Assembly (NCBI GenBank): GCA_034432775.1
Contig: DAOUBH010000019.1
Coordinates: forward strand, 9,719 to 73,718
Length of the DNA stretch: 64,000 bases
Source of the DNA: Chloroflexota bacterium
Lineage (GTDB): Bacteria; Chloroflexota; Chloroflexia; DAOUBH01
Reading direction: 5' to 3'
How positions within the stretch are numbered: position 1 is the stretch's first letter; each line of letters opens with the position of its first letter. Shown here one piece after another: positions 9,589 to 20,255 of this stretch. Both the position numbers and the translations under genes were made by a program. The notes below the pieces were generated by a model. The model did no database searches. It saw nothing but the letters and a program-made list of their open reading frames with translations, and had not been told where the DNA came from.

Positions 9589-11337
9589 CTAAGAATCCCC
9601 TGCCGACACCACTGCACCCTTCCGTAGGCGGGCCGTAGCTTCGAGATCCACCGTGAAGTCTTCCCTAATGACAGCCTTGTAATCCTCATAAGCTGACTTT
9701 AAGCTGACTTTCCCATCCCTCACATCCCTACAAAGAGCATCGAGATCGCGTTCCAGAGGATTACCGTATCCTCCTGACCCTGGGAGTCGGAGACTAACAA
9801 CGTCGTTCTCCTTGAGGTAATCTAGCCCCTTGGACCGCAGTCTTGCCTCACCAGGAGTATCGGGATTCAGGACGAAGCTGCCAGGAGTACCGTCCTTACC
9901 GCCGAAGATACCCTTAGGCGCGAACTTTTGCCGGTCACCATATCTGGCGAAGGATACGTTGTCAACCAACATCCTAATGTCCTTCCGCATGGAAAGACCG
10001 CCCCTGTACTTGCCGGCTCCCCCAGAATCGGTGATAAATTCATAGCACTCGATTCGCACGGGAAACTCCAGCTCGGCTGCCTCGATTGGAGTGTTCATGA
10101 AGCGGGCTAGGTGGGAATCCTGACCATCTCTGCCGTCCTTGGTAGGCCTAGCCCCAGCGCCACCGCCTTGGATTTCTGTGTAAACGAACCTCTTACCCGT
10201 CCTCGGGTTGATGCCACTGAACCCGCAAGTGCTTATCTGGGCATGGCTACCCGCCATCACCCTTTCAGGAACAGCGTTGGCCAAAGCCATAAGCATAGCT
10301 TCAACGATCTTCTGGGACGTGTTCGTTCTGGCAGCCACCGCCGCGGGATGCACTGGGTTTACTACCAAACCTGGCTCGATGTGAACCTCCACAGGGCGGT
10401 AACATCCCGAGTTGGGCGGCACGTGCGGGTCCACAACGGCGATGATGGTGTAGTAGACGGCGGCGTGAGCGGTGGCGACCGGGCAGTTAGTATTCCCGCG
10501 AACCTGTCGGCTGGTACCCTCGAAGTCGACGACGGCCCTGTCGCCCTCCTTACGGATGTTTACCTGTATGCGGATAGGTGTATCCGAAACTCCATCGTCG
10601 TCGACGTAGTCGTATCCGGAGTAGTAACCGTCGGGTATGGCTTTAAGCCCTTCCCGAATGCGAGTTTCGCTGTAGTTGAGGAGGGCCTCAACACAGGCAT
10701 TTACCGTCTCCAGCCCATATTTGTCGTAAATTTCCCTCATGCGGCGCACCCCCACGAACCCAGCGGAAACCTGAGCCCTGATGTCGCCGAGGGTCTTGTC
10801 AGGCACCCGAATATTGTTGGCGATTATGGTGAATACATCTTGGTTTTCTTTGCCAGCCTTGAAAAGCTTGACCATAGGTAGGCGAAGACCCTCTTGGTAT
10901 ATCTCCGTCATGCCACCGGCAACGCCAGCTGGCGCGGCACCCCCCATGTCGGCATGATGGGCTATGCTAGCAACCCACCCTGCCAACTTCCCCTTGTAGA
11001 AGACAGGGGTGAAGACTTGGAGGTCCATAATGTGCTGCCCACCCATGTAGGGATCGTTCGAGATGATAACATCGCCGTCTTCCAGCACCTGTTCCGGGAA
11101 CCGCTTCACCAGCTCGCGCATGGTGATCTCGAAACCCGTAAGGAGCATTGGCGCATGGTGTGCCTGAGCTATGGTGCGCCCATCTTTATCGAAAACTGCA
11201 CAAGTTATGTCCATTATCTCCTTGATAATGGTCGACCTCGATGTCCTGACCAAGGTGTATCCCATCTCGTCCGCCACTTGTTCCATTGCATAGCGGACGA
11301 CCTGCATGGTGACTGGGTCCACTCTAACTTCTGTCAT
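9589..11337 (-). CDS. Hydantoinase B / 5-oxoprolinase family subunit
   Basis: SNDPYMGGQH, HHADMGG, EIYQEGL, NTPIEAAE, GGAGKYRGG, GSGGYGNP. Confidence 0.92.
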   Translation of the reverse strand: MTEVRVDPVTMQVVRYAMEQVADEMGYTLVRTSRSTIIKEIMDITCAVFDKDGRTIAQAHHAPMLLTGFEITMRELVKRFPEQVLEDGDVIISNDPYMGGQHIMDLQVFTPVFYKGKLAGWVASIAHHADMGGAAPAGVAGGMTEIYQEGLRLPMVKLFKAGKENQDVFTIIANNIRVPDKTLGDIRAQVSAGFVGVRRMREIYDKYGLETVNACVEALLNYSETRIREGLKAIPDGYYSGYDYVDDDGVSDTPIRIQVNIRKEGDRAVVDFEGTSRQVRGNTNCPVATAHAAVYYTIIAVVDPHVPPNSGCYRPVEVHIEPGLVVNPVHPAAVAARTNTSQKIVEAMLMALANAVPERVMAGSHAQISTCGFSGINPRTGKRFVYTEIQGGGAGARPTKDGRDGQDSHLARFMNTPIEAAELEFPVRIECYEFITDSGGAGKYRGGLSMRKDIRMLVDNVSFARYGDRQKFAPKGIFGGKDGTPGSFVLNPDTPGEARLRSKGLDYLKENDVVSLRLPGSGGYGNPLERDLDALCRDVRDGKVSLKSAYEDYKAVIREDFTVDLEATARLRKGAVVSAGDS

Positions 11338-11354
11338 GGCACTAGACCTCCGCC

Positions 11355-13418
11355 TCAGGCGAACTTGACTATGAGATTGCCGTAAGGATCAACTACAGCC
11401 GAACTTCCCGGAAGCAAAAGCGTGTTCGACACGCGCTCCTCAATCACTGCTGGGCCATCCACCACATTTCCGGCCCTGAGAAGGTCCCGTTCGTAGATGG
11501 GTGTATCGATCCAACCTAGGCCCTCAAACATTACCTTTCTGTGAGCCTTAAGTGCCCCCCTGGGATCAGTACCCTGGAGCTCCTGTTTCGGGAAGTGGAC
11601 GGCAGGTGTCTTACCGATGACCACCACCCTTAGGTTTACGAACTCTATTTGCTCATCGAGAGAGCTATACGCGTATATCCGCTGGTGGGCATCGTGGAAG
11701 GCCCGCTCCACCTCAGCAATATCGTCTCTGGTGAGCTTGGCTTTCCTTGGTACGGGTACCGTGAGTTCGTAAGACTGCCCTTCGTAGCGGAGATCGGCTA
11801 GCCACTGAACCACTATATCGCTATCGGCGACCCTCTCACTGCGGAGCTGTTCAACACCCCTGGCCTCCAGCTCCTGGTAACTCCTCGAAGCGGCTTCTAG
11901 GTCGAGCTTTTGGGATAGCTCAACCATCGTCTGAACGTAGTCGTACCTTCGGTCGGATACAAGAAGCCCAAGGGCAGAGAGATTGCCGCAGAGGGTCGGC
12001 ACCACAACCGACTTCATGGAAAGGTCCTTGGCCAGCTGAACGGCGTGAAGTGGTCCTGCCCCGCCGAAGGCTACGAGGGCGAATTCTCGCACGTCGTATC
12101 CTTTCTGAATGGAATTTATGCTGATCCCCTTCTCCATGTTGGCATCTACCACTTTGATAATGCCGAGGGCCGCCTCCTCCACCGAGATGCCCATGGGTCG
12201 GGCTATCCTTGTCTCGATAGCCTTGTAGGCCAGGTCATAGTCGAGCTCCATTTCGCCGCCCAGAAAGTAAGCAGGATTGATGCGACCCAATACCACGTTC
12301 GCATCGGTGACCGTAGGTTCTGTACCGCCCCTGCGGTAGCACGCGGGGCCAGGATCGGCAGCTGCACTTTGAGGCCCCACATTGAGCACACCACCGACAT
12401 CCAGCCAGGCTATCGATCCGCCACCAGCACCTATGGCATGGACATCCACTATGGGTATCTTTACTGGGAACCCCTCAAACTTGCTGTCGGAGGTAATGCG
12501 CGGTGACCCATCCACGATGAGACCTATGTCAAAGCTGGTTCCGCCCATGTCCACAGAGATGATGTGGTCTTCTTCGGTGAGCCTGCCGATGTAGGCGGCT
12601 GCCATTGCACCGCCTGCCGGCCCCGAGTTCACCATCCTCACTGCGCTAACTCTGGCCATATCGGCTGTCATTGTTCCGCCGCTGGCCTGCATGATGCGCA
12701 AATCTATCTTGTGGCCATATTTGGCCTGCACTCTGCCCAACAGATTGTCTATGTAGCGGATTGTAAGGGGCTGAAGGTAGGCATTCAGCACTGTGGTAGA
12801 AGTGCGCTCGTATTCCCGAAACTCCGGAGCTAGCTCACTGGAGAGCGAGACCAATGCCTCAGGATAGATAGCCTTGCATATCTCGGCAGCCCTCCGCTCA
12901 TGGGAAGGGTTCAGAAAGGAGAAAAGGAAGCAGATGGCTATGGCTTCGACCCCTTCGGCCTTGAAGAAGCGCACAGCCTCTTCTACCTCACTTTCGTTGA
13001 GGGGCACGATGACTTTACCGTCCCTGTCGACCCTTTCAGTCACGCCTTGCCTGAGGTATCGGGGCACTAACGGCAGGGGATTGTCCACATTGAAGTCGTA
13101 AAGGCCCTCGGGAGGGCGCTGCACCCTACCGATTTCCAACACATCCCTGAAACCACGGGTGGTTATCAACCCGACCTTGGCACCCTTGCGTTCGATCAGC
13201 GCATTGGTGCCAATGGTGGACCCATGGGCCCCAACAATGTAGTCTATCTCTTCGAGCTTGGCCCCCGATATCGACAGTATCTTGTCTATGCCGTTGATCA
13301 CGCCCTGGGCCAGGTCCCTGGGCGTTGTAGACGTTTTCGTGTAGTAGACCTTGCCCCTGGCATCATCCACCAGGACCATGTCAGTGAAGGTACCGCCTAC
13401 GTCTATGCCAATCCGCAT
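11355..13418 (-). CDS. Hydantoinase A / 5-oxoprolinase family ATP-binding subunit
   Basis: GIDVGGTFTD, REYERTSTT, SGPAGG, DMGGTSFD, GAGGGSIA, PTVTDAN, FGGAGPLHA. Confidence 0.92.
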   Translation of the reverse strand: MRIGIDVGGTFTDMVLVDDARGKVYYTKTSTTPRDLAQGVINGIDKILSISGAKLEEIDYIVGAHGSTIGTNALIERKGAKVGLITTRGFRDVLEIGRVQRPPEGLYDFNVDNPLPLVPRYLRQGVTERVDRDGKVIVPLNESEVEEAVRFFKAEGVEAIAICFLFSFLNPSHERRAAEICKAIYPEALVSLSSELAPEFREYERTSTTVLNAYLQPLTIRYIDNLLGRVQAKYGHKIDLRIMQASGGTMTADMARVSAVRMVNSGPAGGAMAAAYIGRLTEEDHIISVDMGGTSFDIGLIVDGSPRITSDSKFEGFPVKIPIVDVHAIGAGGGSIAWLDVGGVLNVGPQSAAADPGPACYRRGGTEPTVTDANVVLGRINPAYFLGGEMELDYDLAYKAIETRIARPMGISVEEAALGIIKVVDANMEKGISINSIQKGYDVREFALVAFGGAGPLHAVQLAKDLSMKSVVVPTLCGNLSALGLLVSDRRYDYVQTMVELSQKLDLEAASRSYQELEARGVEQLRSERVADSDIVVQWLADLRYEGQSYELTVPVPRKAKLTRDDIAEVERAFHDAHQRIYAYSSLDEQIEFVNLRVVVIGKTPAVHFPKQELQGTDPRGALKAHRKVMFEGLGWIDTPIYERDLLRAGNVVDGPAVIEERVSNTLLLPGSSAVVDPYGNLIVKFA

Positions 13419-13427
13419 TCTGCAACC

Positions 13428-14378
13428 TCACGATGGAACTTGGTTTACTGCAAATCTTGGCCTTTGGCCATCAAGGAACGCAAGGATCTGTTCTGCTACA
13501 TCCACCGCCACATTCACCTGAGCCTCCTGGGTAGATGCACCCAGATGAGGCGTGACGATAATGCGCTCGTGCCGCAAGAAGGGATGGTCGGCAGGGGGCG
13601 GCTCTTGTTCAAAAACATCGATAGCAGCCCCCGCTAACCTACCCTCGTTCAGGGCCTCGATCAGCGCCGCTTCATCGATAACTCCTCCCCTCGCCACGTT
13701 GAGGATGCGCGCTCCCCTCTTCATCAGACCCAGCTCGGTGCGCCCGATCATCCCCTTGGTCTCGGGCATCAAAGGCACATGGACTGTAACGAAGTCTGAC
13801 CTGCCCAGCAACTCCTGTAAAGACACCACCTCCACTCCGATCTCTCGGGCCCTTTCCTGTGCTGGCGGATACGGATCGCTCCCCAGGACATGCATCTCAA
13901 AGGCCATGGCCCTCTTAGCCACCTCTAGACCGATCTTGCCCAGACCAACGACTCCCAAGGTCTTTCCTTTTAGTTCTACGCCCACAAACTTCGAACGCTT
14001 CCACTCACCCGATCTCAACGACACGTAGGCCTGGGGCACATGCCGAGCCAAGGCAAGCATAAGCGCCCAGGTGTGCTCCACCGCGGCATTCACGTTGCCC
14101 ATAGGTGCATTCACCACCCATATCCCACGACGGGTGGCCGCCTCCACATCCACGTTGTCGACGCCGACGCCCGCCCTGGCTATAATCTTCAAATTGCGTC
14201 CAGCTTCGATTATTTCGGCTGTCACTTTAGTTTCACTTCTCACCACCAGAGCATGGTAGTCCCCCACGATTCGGGACAGTTCCTCTGGGCTGAGGCCAGT
14301 TCTGACATCCACCTCCGTGCGCGTCTTTAATAGCTCGATACCTTCCTGGGCAATCGGGTCAGCAACCAGCACCTTCAT
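13428..14378 (-). CDS. serA: D-3-phosphoglycerate dehydrogenase (short form, no ACT domain)
   Basis: [37 protein letters not shown]; ATG at 14378 overlaps the upstream stop (ATGA). Confidence 0.85.
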   Translation of the reverse strand: MKVLVADPIAQEGIELLKTRTEVDVRTGLSPEELSRIVGDYHALVVRSETKVTAEIIEAGRNLKIIARAGVGVDNVDVEAATRRGIWVVNAPMGNVNAAVEHTWALMLALARHVPQAYVSLRSGEWKRSKFVGVELKGKTLGVVGLGKIGLEVAKRAMAFEMHVLGSDPYPPAQERAREIGVEVVSLQELLGRSDFVTVHVPLMPETKGMIGRTELGLMKRGARILNVARGGVIDEAALIEALNEGRLAGAAIDVFEQEPPPADHPFLRHERIIVTPHLGASTQEAQVNVAVDVAEQILAFLDGQRPRFAVNQVPS

Positions 14379-15535
14379 AGTCGCCATCCTTCCATGACCC
14401 TCCTGTAAGCTGCCTCAGCAGCTGCAACTCCCTCGCCTCTGGGGACAGACACACCCAGTTCGACGAGGGTAGCCTCCAGGGCCGTCAGTGTGTCGGTAAT
14501 ATCTTCAAGAAAAACCCAGCCCATGTGGCCAATGCGGAATAGCTGGCCCTTAGTTTTGCCCATCCCTCCCGCGATGATCACGTTGTGCTTATCCCTCATG
14601 ATGCCTGTGAGCCGCTTGGCATCGACGCCCTCAGGTATATAAGCTGCCGTTACCGTATCCGAAGCGTGGGCCTCATCGGCATAGAGCCTCATACCCATGG
14701 CCTTCAGACCATTCCGCGTTGCGGCACCCACAGCAGCATGTCGTCTAAAGATGCTGTCCCAACCTTCCCGTTCCATCATCCGAAGAGCTACCTGCAAGGC
14801 AACTAGCTGGGGAAGGGCCGGGGTATACGGTGTCTCCCACTCTTCCAGAAAATGCTTTGCCGTGGGAAAATCGAAGTAGTAACGGGGCATCCGAGCCGAC
14901 TTCACAGCTTCCCAGATTCTCGCACCCACCCCGACCATGAGCATGCCGGGAGGTATCATCCAAGCCTTCTGGGATCCTGTAGTGGCAGCATCGATGTTCC
15001 AGGCGTCCATCTCGAACGGCAAGGCTCCCAGTCCACTGACCGCATCTACCAAGAGCAAAGGGCCATATTGGGAAACCACTTGGCCCACTTCCCGCAGAGG
15101 ATTTGTTACACCGGTGCTGGTTTCATTGAAGGTGATAAGCACTGCCTTGATAGAGGGATCGGCTTTGAGGTGTCTCTCCACGTCGGCAGGATCCACTGCC
15201 TTGCCCCATTCGACATCGAGCTTGACCACGTCGGCCCCAAAGGCCCTGGCGGCATCGGCAAACCGATCGCCGAAAACGCCGATAGATACAGATAGAACTC
15301 TGTCACCCGGCGACAGGCTGTTGGTCAGCATTGCTTCCCACCCGCCAGTACCCGAAGAGGGGAAGATCAGCACGTCGTGCTGGGTTCGAAAAGCATCCTT
15401 GAGACGGAATGTCACATCTTTCAACAGCTCCCTGAATTCAGGTCCTCTGTGGTTGAACATCTGCCGGCCCATGGCCTCCAAGACTTCAGGAGGACATGGC
15501 GTCGGACCTGGAATCCGTAGGTTTTGAGGCTTCAT
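14375..15535 (-). CDS. Class V PLP aminotransferase (alanine-glyoxylate/serine-pyruvate type; probable phosphoserine aminotransferase role next to serA)
   Basis: PGPT, HRGPEF, NETSTG, DAVS, GSQK (PLP Lys), FRIGHMG. Confidence 0.88.
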   Translation of the reverse strand: MKPQNLRIPGPTPCPPEVLEAMGRQMFNHRGPEFRELLKDVTFRLKDAFRTQHDVLIFPSSGTGGWEAMLTNSLSPGDRVLSVSIGVFGDRFADAARAFGADVVKLDVEWGKAVDPADVERHLKADPSIKAVLITFNETSTGVTNPLREVGQVVSQYGPLLLVDAVSGLGALPFEMDAWNIDAATTGSQKAWMIPPGMLMVGVGARIWEAVKSARMPRYYFDFPTAKHFLEEWETPYTPALPQLVALQVALRMMEREGWDSIFRRHAAVGAATRNGLKAMGMRLYADEAHASDTVTAAYIPEGVDAKRLTGIMRDKHNVIIAGGMGKTKGQLFRIGHMGWVFLEDITDTLTALEATLVELGVSVPRGEGVAAAEAAYRRVMEGWRL

Positions 15536-15585
15536 CAGGCTACCCCCCGGTGTTTTCTGCACCATTGTATCTTTTTCATCCACAC

Positions 15586-16467
15586 TCATCTACTTGCTGG
15601 GCTCAAAACCTCGCCTATGAGACGCGCCACATCCTTGGGGGTCACTGCTACCCCTATGCCGCACCGCTCAAAGGCCTCTATCTTCGACCGGTATGAGCCC
15701 ATGCCGCGGGTTATGATGGCCCCAGCATGCCCCATCTGTTTTCCCTCTGGAGCTGTCCTGCCGGCGATTATGCCCACTACTGGCTTGGTCACATGGGATG
15801 CCACGTATTCAGCAGCTTCCTCTTCTGCCACACGACCTATTTCCCCAATGATGACTATAGCCTTGGTCTGCTGATCCGCTTCGAACCTCTCCAAGATGTC
15901 CACGAAGGAAACACCTGTTACTGGATCGCCTCCAATGCCAACACAGGTGGACTGGCCGAAACCGGCCTTGGTGAGGGTATCTGCTACCAGGTACGAAAAC
16001 GTACCACTTCGGGAGACGATACCTACAGGACCAGGTCTATAAATGTGGCCCGGCATGAAGCCGATGACGCACTCTCCAGGAGTTATGATGCCAGGAGAAT
16101 TAGGGCCTATCATGACAGCTCCGGTTTCGCGCACCTTGAAGGCCATCATCATGGCGTCCCGCACAGGCACTCCCTCGACCACACAAGCTATGAAGCCGAT
16201 CCCAGCGTCGAGGGCTTCGAAGACGGCATCCAAGGTGTAGGGGGCTGGCACAAAGGTGATAGTCGCATCGGCATGATGATCAGCCAACGCATCCTTCACA
16301 GAATCGTAAATAGGGACCCCATGTACCTCGCTGCCACCCTTGCCAGGGGTAACTCCGGCTACGATGCGCGTCCCGTACTGCATCATGAGGCCGGTATGAT
16401 ACTCGCCGAACCTTCCCGTCATGCCTTGAGCTATCACTCGAGTGTTACGGTCGACGAGTATGCTCAC
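15586..16467 (-). CDS. sucD: Succinyl-CoA synthetase alpha subunit
   Basis: GTG start overlapping the sucC stop; QGMTG, GPNSPG, SRSGT, GIGGDP, MGHAGA (phospho-His). Confidence 0.9.
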   Translation of the reverse strand: MSILVDRNTRVIAQGMTGRFGEYHTGLMMQYGTRIVAGVTPGKGGSEVHGVPIYDSVKDALADHHADATITFVPAPYTLDAVFEALDAGIGFIACVVEGVPVRDAMMMAFKVRETGAVMIGPNSPGIITPGECVIGFMPGHIYRPGPVGIVSRSGTFSYLVADTLTKAGFGQSTCVGIGGDPVTGVSFVDILERFEADQQTKAIVIIGEIGRVAEEEAAEYVASHVTKPVVGIIAGRTAPEGKQMGHAGAIITRGMGSYRSKIEAFERCGIGVAVTPKDVARLIGEVLSPASR

Positions 16468-17603
16468 TCCGTACTCCTCGCCAGCTTCACGACCCGGTCC
16501 ACAGCTGCATAGAAGTCGGGGACGAAGAACAGGTTGGGCCGGCTCGCCTGCTCCATTATCGCCCGGGCCTCGTCGGAATTCCTGCCCTGGAGGCACACCA
16601 CTACAGGCATAGTGAGGTGCGGCAATCTGTCCATGGCATCGACTATCCTCTCAGCAATCACATCGCAACGCACCCCGCCCCCAAAGACGTTGATGAATAT
16701 AGCCTTCACCCTGGGATTGTCTGCCACGATGGTCAAGCCGTCATAGATACCACCAGCCAATATGCGGTCACCTTCGTCCAGGAAATTGGCTGGCCTGCCT
16801 CCGGCCAACTGGATCATGTCCATAGTGGCCATGGTAAGCCCAGCGCCGTTGCTTATGATCCCGATGTCGCCATCCAGTTCAACGTAGCTGAGGCGTGCCT
16901 TGGCCGCTCTCTCTTCTACATCTGAAGTAAAATTGCGTTCCACTTCCGGATGTCTGAAGAGGGCGTTGCCATCCACATTCAGTCTGGCGTCAGCCGCCAA
17001 GAGACGCCCATCGCTAGTCACCACCAAAGGATTTATTTCAGCCAGTTCAGCGTCCATCTCCCAATAGATTCGGTATAGGGAATGGACGATAGGTTCCGCA
17101 GCCTCCCGGAGTCCCGGCGGCAGCCGTTTCAACAGTCCCCGGACTTGGTACCCGAGGAGCCCGTACCTTGGATCGACACGGACCTGTTCCAGGTTTGAGG
17201 GGCTCTCGGCGGCCACCGCCTCTATCTCCACGCCGCCCTCACTGCTGAACATTACCAGCGGAGATGCCGGGATCCGTCGTGCATCGGTAACAACGCCCAG
17301 GTACAGTTCCTGTGCCACGTCAAGCCACTCTTCTACCAGTAGCTTTCGAACTTGCTCGCCCCGAACCTCGCCACCCAGCAAGGCGGCAGCGGCCTCCAGT
17401 GCTTGCTCCAAGCCTTCTACAAGCCGTATACCCCCGGCCTTGCCGCGACCACCCACCAACACTTGGGCCTTAATGGCGACCCTGGGACCTAGCTCAGCCA
17501 GAGCCCCTTCTACCTCAAGAAGAGATTGGCAAACTATGCCTCTAGCCACCGGGATGCCGAACTGAGCAAATATGGCTTTGGCCTGATACTCGTACAGCTT
17601 CAA
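16464..17603 (-). CDS. sucC: Succinyl-CoA synthetase beta subunit
   Basis: TTG start; LYEYQAK, KAQVLVGGRGKAGGI, EINPL, NGAGLTMATMD, PANFLD, NVFGG. Confidence 0.9.
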   Translation of the reverse strand: MKLYEYQAKAIFAQFGIPVARGIVCQSLLEVEGALAELGPRVAIKAQVLVGGRGKAGGIRLVEGLEQALEAAAALLGGEVRGEQVRKLLVEEWLDVAQELYLGVVTDARRIPASPLVMFSSEGGVEIEAVAAESPSNLEQVRVDPRYGLLGYQVRGLLKRLPPGLREAAEPIVHSLYRIYWEMDAELAEINPLVVTSDGRLLAADARLNVDGNALFRHPEVERNFTSDVEERAAKARLSYVELDGDIGIISNGAGLTMATMDMIQLAGGRPANFLDEGDRILAGGIYDGLTIVADNPRVKAIFINVFGGGVRCDVIAERIVDAMDRLPHLTMPVVVCLQGRNSDEARAIMEQASRPNLFFVPDFYAAVDRVVKLARSTE

Positions 17604-18703
17604 GGCCGCCTCATCACCCCCCGACCTGAAACTTGGAATTGCTCGATGACGCTTACAAGTCTGTCGTTCTCCTCAGGAAGCCCGATAGTGACGCGGAACC
17701 AGCCATCATCGGAGAAGGCCCTCACTATTACTCCGTGGCTCAGAAAATACTCTTGAACGGGCGACGTATCCGCTCCTAACCGTACATAGATGAAGTTCCC
17801 CTGAGTTGGCAGAAACTCCAAGCCAAGCCGCCGATACTCGCAGTAGAGCCTATCCCTTTCGCGGGAGTTGAGCATGGCTCGTTCCTTCACGATATCTTGA
17901 TGCCGCAAGCTCTCAACCGCAGCCCTCTGAGCCAGATCGTTCACTGTGAAGGGCCCCTGGGTCTTCCTAACTTCGGCGATCAGCTGGCTGTTGCCAACGG
18001 CATAGCCTATCCTAAGGCCAGCCAGACCGTATATCTTCGAAAAAGTGCGCAACACCAGAACGTTGGGAAGTTGCACAGCAGAAGGCAGCAACTGCGGGAA
18101 GTCAGGTGCATCGGCGTATTCGTAATAAGCTTCGTCCACTATCACCAGCACATCCTCAGGGATTGCCTCTATAAACCTCTTGAGCTCCCTGTGGCTCACG
18201 TAGGTCCCAGTAGGGTTGTTGGGATTGCAGACTATAACGAGGCGGGTTGCATCATCTACCCGGGCTGCCATGGCCTCTAGGTCGTGCCGCCCTTCCCTCA
18301 GGGGCACTGGTACGGGAACTGAACCAAGTATGCGACAATATATAGAGTAGAGCAGGAACGAAGGATGGGCAAATACTACCTTATCGCCAACACTCACGGC
18401 TGCCATAAAGGCCGCCAGCAGCACTTCGCCGGAACCATTCCCTACTATGACGTTGTCCGGACCCACCCCCAGGTGGGCAGCCAGAGCCCTCCGTACTTCC
18501 CAGCAATCGTTGTCTGGATAACGGTTTAACTCAGCAGCCCATTGGGGAAGCAGCTCCAACACGGGACCGAAGGGCGGCAGCGGAGACTCATTAGAGGCCA
18601 GCTTTACCACTCGATCCAGCCCATAGCGGCGCCGGACCTCCTCGATCCGCAGACCTGGGACATAAGGCGGTATTGCTACCAATTGGGGGCGAAGCTTTAC
18701 CAT
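17600..18703 (-). CDS. hisC: Histidinol-phosphate aminotransferase
   Basis: KLASNE, NRYPD, NPNNPTG, DEAY, RTFSKIYGLAGLRIGY. Confidence 0.9.
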   Translation of the reverse strand: MVKLRPQLVAIPPYVPGLRIEEVRRRYGLDRVVKLASNESPLPPFGPVLELLPQWAAELNRYPDNDCWEVRRALAAHLGVGPDNVIVGNGSGEVLLAAFMAAVSVGDKVVFAHPSFLLYSIYCRILGSVPVPVPLREGRHDLEAMAARVDDATRLVIVCNPNNPTGTYVSHRELKRFIEAIPEDVLVIVDEAYYEYADAPDFPQLLPSAVQLPNVLVLRTFSKIYGLAGLRIGYAVGNSQLIAEVRKTQGPFTVNDLAQRAAVESLRHQDIVKERAMLNSRERDRLYCEYRRLGLEFLPTQGNFIYVRLGADTSPVQEYFLSHGVIVRAFSDDGWFRVTIGLPEENDRLVSVIEQFQVSGRGVMRRP

Positions 18704-18716
18704 CTCCTCTGCTCCT

Positions 18717-18742
18717 GGGCGCCAGGCCCTAGCCTGGCGCCC
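18717..18742. repeat. GC-rich 11-bp inverted repeat between trpB2 and hisC
   Basis: GGGCGCCAGGC-ccta-GCCTGGCGCCC. There is no U-tract on the minus (sense) strand, so a stability or processing hairpin is more likely than an intrinsic terminator. Confidence 0.6.
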
Positions 18743-18757
18743 TTCTACGATATGGAA

Positions 18758-20131
18758 TCAGGCCTGCACCCGCGGCACCTGTTCGAGAGCCTTGTGCACC
18801 AGCTCCTCTGGGTACTCGTAATCGGCCAGTTGCCCGGCCAGATACTCTTCGTAGGCCTTCAGGTCGAAATGCCCGTGCCCGCTCAAGTTGAATAGAATGG
18901 TCTTGGCCTCTCCAGCCTCCTTGGCCAGCAGGGCCTGTTCTATGGCCACCAGCACTGCGTGGGCCGATTCGGGTGCGGGAATGATGCCCTCGGCTCGAGC
19001 GAAATTCACCGCAGCCTCAAAGACAGCTGTTTGGGGTACAGCCTTCGCACTGATGATGCCGTGGTAGGCAAGAGCACTCACGATGGGGGCCATGCCGTGG
19101 TAGCGGAGGCCGCCAGCATGAATGGCCGGAGGTATGAAACTGGAACCCAGGGTGTGCATTCGCAGCAAAGGTGTCATCTGGGCGGTGTCCCCAAAATCGA
19201 AAGTGTAAACGCCCTTGGTAACACTGGGGCAAGCCAGGGGCTCCACGGCGATCACCTCTAGTTTCTGGCCCCGGGTCAGCTTATCCATGATGAAGGGGAA
19301 GGTCAGCCCGGCGAAGTTCGAACCGCCCCCTATGCATCCAATTACCACATCGGGGTAATACCCTGCCTTTTCCATCTGCTTCTTGGCCTCAAGCCCCAAT
19401 ATGGTCTGGTGCATGAGAACGTGGTTGAGAACACTACCCAAGGAGTAATGGGTATCCTCCCTTGTCGCCGCGTCCTCAATGGCCTCCGATATGGCAATAC
19501 CCAGGCTCCCTGGATTGTCGGGATCTTTCTCCAACACTGAACGGCCGTAATTGGTGTCAGGGCTGGGGCTCGGCACAACCTTAGCGCCGAAGGTCTCCAT
19601 GATGATCCTTCGGTACGGCTTCTGGAAGTAGCTCACCTTTACCATGTAGACCTTGCACTCCAAGCCAAAGAAGTTGCAGGCCATGGAGAGGGCGCTGCCC
19701 CACTGTCCAGCCCCGGTCTCCGTAGTCAACCGCTTGATTCCCTCTGCTTTGTTGTAGTAAGCCTGGGCCACAGCGGTGTTAGGTTTGTGGCTGCCTACAG
19801 GGCTAACCCCCTCGTACTTGTAGAAGATCCTGGCAGGCGTGTCCAGAGCCCGTTCCAGCCTCCGAGCCCTGAAGAGCGGTGTCGGCCTCCAAAGGCGGTA
19901 CACATCCATCACGGGTTCGGGTATGTCGATCCACTTGTCCCGGCTGACTTCCTGCTTGATCAGCTCCATGGGGAAGAGCGGCGCCAAATCCTGGGGGCCA
20001 ATAGGTTGCCCTGTACCCGGATGGATAACCGGGGGCAGTTCAAAGGGTAGATCAGCTACGATGTTGTACCACTGCTTCGGTATCTCGTTCTCCTCAAGCA
20101 AGTACTTGTACGTCTCCATGTCCGCCTCCAA
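18758..20131 (-). CDS. trpB2: Tryptophan synthase beta chain type 2 (TrpB2, TrpB-like PLP enzyme)
   Basis: [40 protein letters not shown], plus the long N-terminal extension typical of TrpB2. Confidence 0.93.
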   Translation of the reverse strand: MEADMETYKYLLEENEIPKQWYNIVADLPFELPPVIHPGTGQPIGPQDLAPLFPMELIKQEVSRDKWIDIPEPVMDVYRLWRPTPLFRARRLERALDTPARIFYKYEGVSPVGSHKPNTAVAQAYYNKAEGIKRLTTETGAGQWGSALSMACNFFGLECKVYMVKVSYFQKPYRRIIMETFGAKVVPSPSPDTNYGRSVLEKDPDNPGSLGIAISEAIEDAATREDTHYSLGSVLNHVLMHQTILGLEAKKQMEKAGYYPDVVIGCIGGGSNFAGLTFPFIMDKLTRGQKLEVIAVEPLACPSVTKGVYTFDFGDTAQMTPLLRMHTLGSSFIPPAIHAGGLRYHGMAPIVSALAYHGIISAKAVPQTAVFEAAVNFARAEGIIPAPESAHAVLVAIEQALLAKEAGEAKTILFNLSGHGHFDLKAYEEYLAGQLADYEYPEELVHKALEQVPRVQA

Positions 20132-20255
20132 ACCTCCACTTCTTCTCTGTGTGTCCTAAGACCCGCAGTCGCCTTGCATGATTTCCATCAGCAGACCTTG
20201 CCCTACCGAGTAAGTGCCCATCACCTCCTTCCTGGCCACAGTCAAACCCGAAGCT

